Below, in pieces: positions 57,787-64,000 of a DNA stretch of 64,000 nucleotides. The position numbers and the translations under genes were made by a program. The stretch comes from Succinivibrio sp. (lineage in GTDB: Bacteria; Pseudomonadota; Gammaproteobacteria; Enterobacterales; Succinivibrionaceae), in NCBI GenBank assembly GCA_051891035.1, contig JBJFET010000139.1:4678-68677 (forward strand), read 5' to 3'. Each line of letters opens with the position of its first letter. Position 1 is the first letter of the stretch. A model generated the notes under the pieces. It was not told where the DNA came from. It worked only from the letters and a program-made list of their open reading frames with translations, and ran no database searches.

Positions 57787-58530
57787 ATGAAAATAAAAAG
57801 AACGATTATGTCAGCAGCAATGTCGCTATTTATAGCCGGATGTGCAAACACAGGAACATCTGCTGCATCTGATGTAGATCCTGATCTTAAGAAGGACGAA
57901 CCTAAATTTTTCTCCAGGTCAGGAGCAACTGCCTGTGCAGGAGGAGCTCTGATAACAGGTCTTGCATGTCTGCTTCTCAAGGATGATAAAAGGGAGGTAT
58001 GTCTGGCAGCGGCTGCTGCAGGCTGTGTCCTGGGAATGACTAGCAACTATGTGTTAGACAAGCTTCGTTCTAATTATCATAATCTTGAGGATCAGCTTGA
58101 TGCTGTAAAGGCTCAGGTTCAAGTTTCAATCAAGAGTACAGAGTCACTCAATGAGAATATCAGGGAAACTCTCAATGATGACAATAAGGAAATTGAAATG
58201 ATTGAAAAGGGCATAGCTGATGGAACAAAGAGTCAGTCAGATCTTGAGAAAAAGGTATCACAGATGGAGCATAACATCGAATACTTGAAATCAAGACTTG
58301 CAAAAGATCAGGAAAATCTCAAGGCTCAGACAGAAGCCTATGAAGGGCTTAAAAACGGAGAAGGTGGCGTAGATGCTCTAAATCCAAAAGATGCTTCAAG
58401 GAAAAAAGCTGAGCTTGAGGAATCAATTGCCAAAGCCAATGAGAACCTCCTTTATCTGCAGAATGAAATCAGCACATATGCTGAACGTACAAATGCGTTA
58501 AGGGCAGGCATGAGAGACAAGGCTGCATAA
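57787..58530 (+). CDS. Lipoprotein with a Gly/Ala-rich hydrophobic hairpin and long coiled coil (TagQ-like)
   Basis: Lipobox FIAGC; FFSRSGATACAGGALITGLAC..AAAAGCVLGM; heptad-rich C-terminus. Confidence 0.65.
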   Translation: MKIKRTIMSAAMSLFIAGCANTGTSAASDVDPDLKKDEPKFFSRSGATACAGGALITGLACLLLKDDKREVCLAAAAAGCVLGMTSNYVLDKLRSNYHNLEDQLDAVKAQVQVSIKSTESLNENIRETLNDDNKEIEMIEKGIADGTKSQSDLEKKVSQMEHNIEYLKSRLAKDQENLKAQTEAYEGLKNGEGGVDALNPKDASRKKAELEESIAKANENLLYLQNEISTYAERTNALRAGMRDKAA

Positions 58531-58562
58531 GATTGGGTAGATTCATTATGATTGGAAAGTAT

Positions 58563-59057
58563 ATGACAAGAAAGATTGTTGCTGTAGCTGTCTTATCAGT
58601 GCTGTTGACAGCATGCACCATGACACCAGAGCAGTGCGATCCTAGTATCAGTGATCCGGGAATGCTAGATAAGCTTGGCTGTGTGGTATCAGGATCATAT
58701 GAGAAAAGAGTAGACAGCAAAAAGCAGGAGATCCACGATTTAAGAGAGGAGCAAAGGGCTCTTACCGAGCAGTCCCTGGCACTAAGTCAGAGTCGATCTG
58801 AACTGATTAAAGACAGAAAACAGCGCTATAGGGCGCTAGATGAACTCAATGAGAAGATAGCTGATATAGAGCAGTCTCTAGCAGCGAAAAATGCCCTTAC
58901 AAAAGATCTTGAGGCAAAGATTGCTAAAGTTAAGGCATCAAGTGCCAAAGCAAAGGATCTAGATGAGGATGTAAGCGTGATTGAGAAAAAGGAGCAGTTT
59001 GAAAAAGTTCAAAATGACATGGACTCTCTTTTAGAGGCAATGGCATCTGAGTATTAG
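58563..59057 (+). CDS. Coiled-coil lipoprotein
   Basis: Lipobox LLTAC; PEQCDP..LGCVVSGSYEKRV; coiled coil; ATG 58563 preferred over TTG 58533. Confidence 0.75.
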   Translation: MTRKIVAVAVLSVLLTACTMTPEQCDPSISDPGMLDKLGCVVSGSYEKRVDSKKQEIHDLREEQRALTEQSLALSQSRSELIKDRKQRYRALDELNEKIADIEQSLAAKNALTKDLEAKIAKVKASSAKAKDLDEDVSVIEKKEQFEKVQNDMDSLLEAMASEY

Positions 59058-59071
59058 CTGTTAACTTTTGC

Positions 59072-59097
59072 TAAGGTGCAGAATTACCTGCACCTTA
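59072..59097 (+). terminator. Hairpin closing the srf/tag operon
   Basis: taaggtgcag-aattac-ctgcacctta 10-bp stem. Confidence 0.7.
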
Positions 59098-59308
59098 ATT
59101 CCATTCTTTAATGATCTGATATTTTTGTGAATTTTCACAAATTTTTCTGAAAAAACAGGGAAAACTTCACCTGTCTGATAATAATCTTGTGATCTGCTCT
59201 ATATTTCAGACTCAATGCTTTTATTTAAAATAACTCTGAATTTTATAGTGTTAAAACTGAGTTAACAAAGAGCAAATATAGCTTCAAAAATAGAATAAGG
59301 AGGAGCAG

Positions 59309-59944
59309 ATGGATCGTTCTAATTTTAAAGAGGCCTTTTATAATTTAAGTACTGGAACTCCAACCTACGCTCATATTGTTTCTGTCATAGAAGGAAAATT
59401 AGTTAAGCTAATATCACAGAGAAAGAGACTGCCTAATGCAACCGAGGATGGCCATCATCATGTTCAGCGAATCAAGGTTGATATTGATGGTGTAAATCTT
59501 TTCAATAAGCAGAAGACTCTGACAGATGAAGAGGCCAAGGATGCCTTAAAGCAGATTATAAAGGTTTTTGATAAACCTGCAGTTGACTCTAAAAAGTGTG
59601 AAAATCAGAAAGAAAACGAAACCGTAGAGGATAAGGATCAGATTTCAAAGCCTAAGTACACTTATCCAGAGCTTACCATTGATCAGGTAGTTGATCTTGT
59701 GTATGTATCACTAACAGGTTACAGCGTTTCAAATTTTGAGGGATTTGTTTCTTACCATTATGTCAAGGTGCATACTTACACCTATCTGCCAAATCCTGTT
59801 CAGAGAGATGTAACAGAGCCTGTTGTTGAGGTTAAGGTTGACGGTTATCCTCTGTTTACAGTTGTAGGCTATGTTCCTGAAGATGTGGTAAAGCAGTATG
59901 CAGATATTCTTCGTGGGAAGCTGAATGAAAAGCAGGAAGACTAG
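59309..59944 (+). CDS. Hypothetical protein with a possible internal duplication
   Basis: Strong aaggaggag RBS, host-like codon usage, own terminator; no recognised family. Confidence 0.7.
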   Translation: MDRSNFKEAFYNLSTGTPTYAHIVSVIEGKLVKLISQRKRLPNATEDGHHHVQRIKVDIDGVNLFNKQKTLTDEEAKDALKQIIKVFDKPAVDSKKCENQKENETVEDKDQISKPKYTYPELTIDQVVDLVYVSLTGYSVSNFEGFVSYHYVKVHTYTYLPNPVQRDVTEPVVEVKVDGYPLFTVVGYVPEDVVKQYADILRGKLNEKQED

Positions 59945-60021
59945 TCAAAACTGATTCCTGCAGATCATATCTGATATTCCTATTTTTACATATCGTTGTG
60001 TATCAAAAGGAAAATAACTAA

Positions 60022-60052
60022 ATCCTCAGCTAATTGGCTGGGGATCTGTTTT
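60022..60052 (+). terminator. Terminator after the orphan ORF
   Basis: atcctcagct-aatt-ggctggggat stem (with GU pairs) followed by ctgtttt. Confidence 0.55.
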
Positions 60053-60322
60053 GGGAATTATCCTAAAACACCCGTTCTGTTAATTTTTCTCATCTTCCTC
60101 GTATTCAATATTCATTCCAGTCTCTGCTCTAGGAATATTCAATGACTATAACAGCTTATTTTGAGAGGGGGACCCGATTTTTCTGCAGGAGGCACTGATT
60201 TCAATAAAACGGTACTCATACAGGTTAGAGCCTATGAAATCAGCGTATACACGAAAATTTAGTAAATTTGCCAGATAAATTTGCTAGAATAGGTGCAAAT
60301 TTTTAACAATGAACGAATAAGT

Positions 60323-61417
60323 ATGCAAGAATCTATTTTACGTAAATTAGAAGCTCTGGTTGAGCGTCATCAGGAAGTAGAGCAGTTGCTCAGTCAGCCT
60401 GATGTTATTTCTGATCAGGAAAAGTTCAGAGAGTTAAATCGCGAATATTCTCAGCTGCAGGTGACTGTAACAGCCTATAAGGAATACACCACGGCATCAG
60501 ATGATCTCAAAGAGATGGAAGAGATGCTAAAAGGTGATGATCCTGATATGCAGGCTATGGCTCAGGAAGAAATTGAGCCTACACGAGAAAAGCTAGAGAA
60601 GCTTTCTCACGAACTGCAGTTACTGCTGCTTCCTCATGACAAGCGTGATGACTGCAACTGCTTCCTGGAAATCAGAGCTGGTACAGGTGGTGATGAGGCA
60701 GCTCTCTTTGCCGGTGACCTTTTCAAGATGTATTCTCACTATGTTGAGTCTAAGGGCTGGCAGCTTGAAATCGTGTCTGAATCAGAAGGCGAAATGGGTG
60801 GCTATAAGGAACTAATTGCCAAGCTCTCTGGTGAAGGTGCCTATGGTTACATGAAGTTTGAATCCGGCGGTCATCGTGTGCAGCGTGTTCCTGCAACAGA
60901 GACTCAGGGCCGTGTTCATACCTCAGCATGTACCGTCATGGTTTTACCTGAGATCCCTCCTGCAGATGCACCTGTCATCAATCCAGCTGATCTGAGAATT
61001 GATACTTTCAGATCATCAGGTGCCGGTGGTCAGCATATTAACAAGACTGACTCAGCTATCCGTATTACCCACCTTCCTACAGGTATTGTAGTTGAGTGTC
61101 AGGATCAGCGATCACAGCATCAGAACAGAGCCCGTGCAATGGAAGTTTTATATTCAAGACTCGCTCAGTTAGAAGAGGATAAGCGAAATGCGCAGGCAAC
61201 AGAAATGCGTCATAGCATTCTCTCATCTGGTGATCGTTCTGACAGAATCAGAACCTACAACTTCCCTCAGAGCCGTATAACCGATCACCGTATCAATCTT
61301 ACAGTTTATAGATTAGATGAGGTTCTCTCAGGTGAGCTTGATTTAATTCTGAAGCCTGTAATTGAGGAGTTCAAGGCAGAGCAGTTAGCTCAGATGGCCT
61401 CTCAGGGCGCTCTCTAG
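60323..61417 (+). CDS. prfA: Peptide chain release factor 1
   Basis: [24 protein letters not shown] (PxT motif of RF1), [24 protein letters not shown]. Confidence 0.98.
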   Translation: MQESILRKLEALVERHQEVEQLLSQPDVISDQEKFRELNREYSQLQVTVTAYKEYTTASDDLKEMEEMLKGDDPDMQAMAQEEIEPTREKLEKLSHELQLLLLPHDKRDDCNCFLEIRAGTGGDEAALFAGDLFKMYSHYVESKGWQLEIVSESEGEMGGYKELIAKLSGEGAYGYMKFESGGHRVQRVPATETQGRVHTSACTVMVLPEIPPADAPVINPADLRIDTFRSSGAGGQHINKTDSAIRITHLPTGIVVECQDQRSQHQNRARAMEVLYSRLAQLEEDKRNAQATEMRHSILSSGDRSDRIRTYNFPQSRITDHRINLTVYRLDEVLSGELDLILKPVIEEFKAEQLAQMASQGAL

Positions 61418-62256
61418 TGGTAACTGTTAAACAGGCCTTGACTGACGCTAAGCGGGAGCTTGGCGTCAGCAGTGTTACCGACTGTCCGTCTTTAGAAGCA
61501 TCAGTTCTCCTGTCAGCTGTAACCGGCTATACAAAAGTTCAGCTAATCACACATGATGAGGAGATCTTATCTGATGCAGCCTATTTTGAGTATCAGAAAC
61601 TAATCAGTAAAAGAAAGACCGGATATCCTGTGGCCTACCTTACAGGACATAAGGAATTCTGGGGGCTAGATTTAAAGGTAACAGAGGATACTCTCATTCC
61701 AAGACCCGATACAGAAACTCTGGTTCAATGCGCACTTGATGCCAAGGTATCTGGAAAAGTTCTTGATCTTGGAACGGGATCTGGAGCGATAATTCTTGCG
61801 CTAAAGAGCGAATATGGTGACAGAATTGACGCTTATGCCTGTGATTTTTCACAAGGTGCCCTTGATGTAGCCATGGAGAATGGCAGAAATCTTAATCTTA
61901 AGGTTAATTTTATTCTTTCAGACTGGCTATCAGCGATTGATAAATCATTAAAATTCTCACTTATTGTGTCAAATCCGCCTTATATTGAAAAAGATGATCC
62001 TCATCTTTTGCTCTCATCCTTGCCTTTTGAGCCGTCAGCAGCTTTATCATCAGGTGAAGATGGTCTTGACGATATCAGGCGTATCTCAAATGATGCTTAT
62101 GACTTTCTTGAAAGCGGAGCCTATCTGATGATTGAGCATGGATACAATCAGGGTGAAGCTGTAAGAGATATCCTAAAGAGATCAGGATACGTCAATGCAC
62201 ATACTCAAAAGGATCTTGAGGGAAGAGACAGAGTAAGTATAGCAAGCCATCCTTGA
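61417..62256 (+). CDS. prmC: Release factor glutamine methyltransferase PrmC (HemK)
   Basis: LIPRPDTE, LDLGTGSGAI, IVSNPPYI, EHGYNQ; 1-nt overlap with the prfA stop. Confidence 0.97.
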   Translation: MVTVKQALTDAKRELGVSSVTDCPSLEASVLLSAVTGYTKVQLITHDEEILSDAAYFEYQKLISKRKTGYPVAYLTGHKEFWGLDLKVTEDTLIPRPDTETLVQCALDAKVSGKVLDLGTGSGAIILALKSEYGDRIDAYACDFSQGALDVAMENGRNLNLKVNFILSDWLSAIDKSLKFSLIVSNPPYIEKDDPHLLLSSLPFEPSAALSSGEDGLDDIRRISNDAYDFLESGAYLMIEHGYNQGEAVRDILKRSGYVNAHTQKDLEGRDRVSIASHP

Positions 62257-62315
62257 CTGTAGCTATTTAGCTGGCTTTATCATAAAGAAACTTTTGTGTT
62301 CCCATCAAAAACAAA

Positions 62316-62342
62316 CGGTATTAGGATCTTCTCCTAATACCG
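62316..62342. terminator. Hairpin downstream of prmC
   Basis: cggtattagga-tcttc-tcctaataccg 11-bp stem preceded by an A-run. Confidence 0.65.
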
Positions 62343-62639
62343 CTAACACCTTGTGTTTGATGATTGTTTATATTCAGATTAAAAATACCTTACTTAGAAT
62401 TATTATATTGATTTGAATTCTACAATAATTTGATGCAGATAAAATTTTTATAATTTTAAAAGTGTTTTTGCTCTAAGAAACTCTTATGACAGCAATAAAT
62501 CATGCTGTCTTATTTGGTAATTCCTGTCAGCTGATAATTAAGAACAATATAATATCCAAAATAGTTACGAAGCTCAAAGAAATAAGTCTGTTTTTTAATA
62601 TTATTAGACATAGGATTTGGCTAGACAAAAGGAGTTATT

Positions 62640-64000
62640 ATGAGGCTTGCACATCTTGTAACAGGGCTGGTTCTTTTCATTTCAGCAGTGGCAAATGCAC
62701 AGATGTCGCAGAATTTTGAATATCTGCCAACATTCAGTCAGTGGGTAGAGCATGCAAATGATTTGAAAAAATACTGGCTGCATCCGGATGCCTATGGCGT
62801 TCCTGTCGGCAATTTCCCGACCTGGCGTTGTGATGACGGTACACTTAGAAATCAGAAAAGGTGTAAAGGAGAGCAAGACATTGGAGGTTTGATGGAGCTT
62901 ACTCCATACGATTTTACACGTATGCAGGCCAGACAGACATTTGCCTACGGTGCTTTATTCAATCTTACAGGTGATATTAAAGCCCTAGAATTACATCAGG
63001 CAGGAGTTGAGTTTCTTCTGAAAAAAGCAATTGATCCAGAAGGTGGCTTTTATAACATCTTTGAAAACGGTAAGCCATTTAAAGATGCCAATAGTGTCAT
63101 AACAGGCAGGAGACTTAACAGAACTTCTCAGGATTTGAGCTACGCTCTGGTGGGACTTGCCATGAATGCCTATCTGACACACGATAAAAGAGTTATAGAT
63201 GTAATAAAAAAGTCTCAGAAGTATATTTATGACACCTATTTTGATAAAGACAGTCAATTGATGAAATGGTGTCTTGAAGACAGTGTCTATGACAGGAAAG
63301 ATCAGAAGGAACTGGTAGGATTACTTGATCAGCTTAATGCCTATATGATACTGACATGGAGAGTTCTGCCCAAAAAAGATCAGGCAGAGTGGTCTAAACT
63401 TATCAGTAAGACAGTAAAGGCTATCAATAAAAACTTTTATAACGCACAGAACAACAGATTCTGGGGCTGCACGGATAATGAATCATGCTTTGTATTAGAC
63501 AAGGGCAGACATCTTGATAATGGACATACTGTAAAAGCTTTCTGGATGGAGTATCTTGCAGCAAGAGGTCTTGATGACGACAGTCTTGAAAGGTTTGCAA
63601 AAAATGGTATGAAGGATACCTTAAAGAGTGCTCAGACAGCAGAAGGAAATGACTGGTTTGGAGATCTTCTGTATAACAGAGCAAGCTGGTGGGAGTATGC
63701 AGAGCTAAATCAGGCAGCGCTGACTCTTGCTCTGACAGATGATTACATTCTGCACAATACCTTCTATCCATGGATCAATGAGGCTATCGACAAGGAGTAT
63801 GGAGAGATCGGCAGTTATGGACTTAAGACATTTTTCTGGAGAAATGGATTCCATACTACGGAGCATGCTTTGATAGGCGCAATTCTTTCAAACGGGATCA
63901 GGCTCAAATACTGTCAGGATAATGAACAGTGTGAAATGGACAATTATGTCAGACTCTATTTTGCGCCAGTAAATTACAATGACAGAAACTTTACACCATA
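62640..64000 (+). CDS. Exported AGE/cellobiose-epimerase-superfamily (alpha/alpha)6-barrel protein, 3'-truncated; absent from the ORF track because it has no stop in the window
   Basis: aaaggag RBS, ATG 62640, frame open to the window end; signal peptide MRLAHLVTGLVLFISAVANA; MQARQTFAY, NGHTVKAFW, SWWEYAEL, WRNGFHTTEH. Confidence 0.75.
   Translation, partial: MRLAHLVTGLVLFISAVANAQMSQNFEYLPTFSQWVEHANDLKKYWLHPDAYGVPVGNFPTWRCDDGTLRNQKRCKGEQDIGGLMELTPYDFTRMQARQTFAYGALFNLTGDIKALELHQAGVEFLLKKAIDPEGGFYNIFENGKPFKDANSVITGRRLNRTSQDLSYALVGLAMNAYLTHDKRVIDVIKKSQKYIYDTYFDKDSQLMKWCLEDSVYDRKDQKELVGLLDQLNAYMILTWRVLPKKDQAEWSKLISKTVKAINKNFYNAQNNRFWGCTDNESCFVLDKGRHLDNGHTVKAFWMEYLAARGLDDDSLERFAKNGMKDTLKSAQTAEGNDWFGDLLYNRASWWEYAELNQAALTLALTDDYILHNTFYPWINEAIDKEYGEIGSYGLKTFFWRNGFHTTEHALIGAILSNGIRLKYCQDNEQCEMDNYVRLYFAPVNYNDRNFTP

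Noticed and set aside
27353-60222. Shared 11-mer tactcatacag in two intergenic regions (~27354 and ~60213)
   Set aside because: Flanks do not align, and one 11-bp match in 64 kb of AT-rich DNA is expected by chance.
39932-60300. srf/tag operon as a genomic island integrated at tRNA-Val or tRNA-Lys
   Set aside because: No integrase, no duplicated tRNA 3' end seen near 59-60 kb, and codon usage looks host-like by eye.

Overview
About 40% GC gammaproteobacterial chromosome. Gene order and codon usage suggest a gut or rumen Succinivibrionaceae-like anaerobe, which is inference only. Left to right: (1) 3' end of a MalE-like sugar-binding protein; (2) a ~22 kb type VI secretion cluster (tssA-B-C-hcp-E-F-G-H-J-K-L-M, a DUF6931-like gene, a very divergent extended VgrG and a small heptad-repeat ORF) with no recognisable PAAR, Fha, PpkA/PppA or effector-immunity pair; (3) housekeeping purB-hflD-mnmA-nudJ / icd, an exported esterase, and a flavodoxin/MerR pair with a textbook 19-bp-spacer MerR promoter; (4) ruvCAB-ybgC-tolQRAB-pal-cpoB and four tRNAs (Lys-UUU, 2x Lys-CUU, Val-UAC); (5) a decayed IS200/IS605 tnpB whose right end and putative omega-RNA scaffold are intact, just upstream of (6) an ~18 kb, 11-gene operon; (7) an orphan ORF, prfA-prmC and a truncated, exported AGE-fold protein. 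The operon in (6) joins SrfB (actin/Hsp70-fold ATPase), SrfC (dynamin-like GTPase) and two SrfA-like membrane proteins to a kinase-less PpkA-like periplasmic vWA protein, TagT/TagS/TagR homologues and two coiled-coil lipoproteins. It is the best candidate for an undescribed system: a TagQRST-type envelope sensor wired to a possible pseudokinase and an actin/dynamin-like output instead of the PpkA-Fha phosphorelay. All family calls come from reading motifs by eye; no database searches were run.
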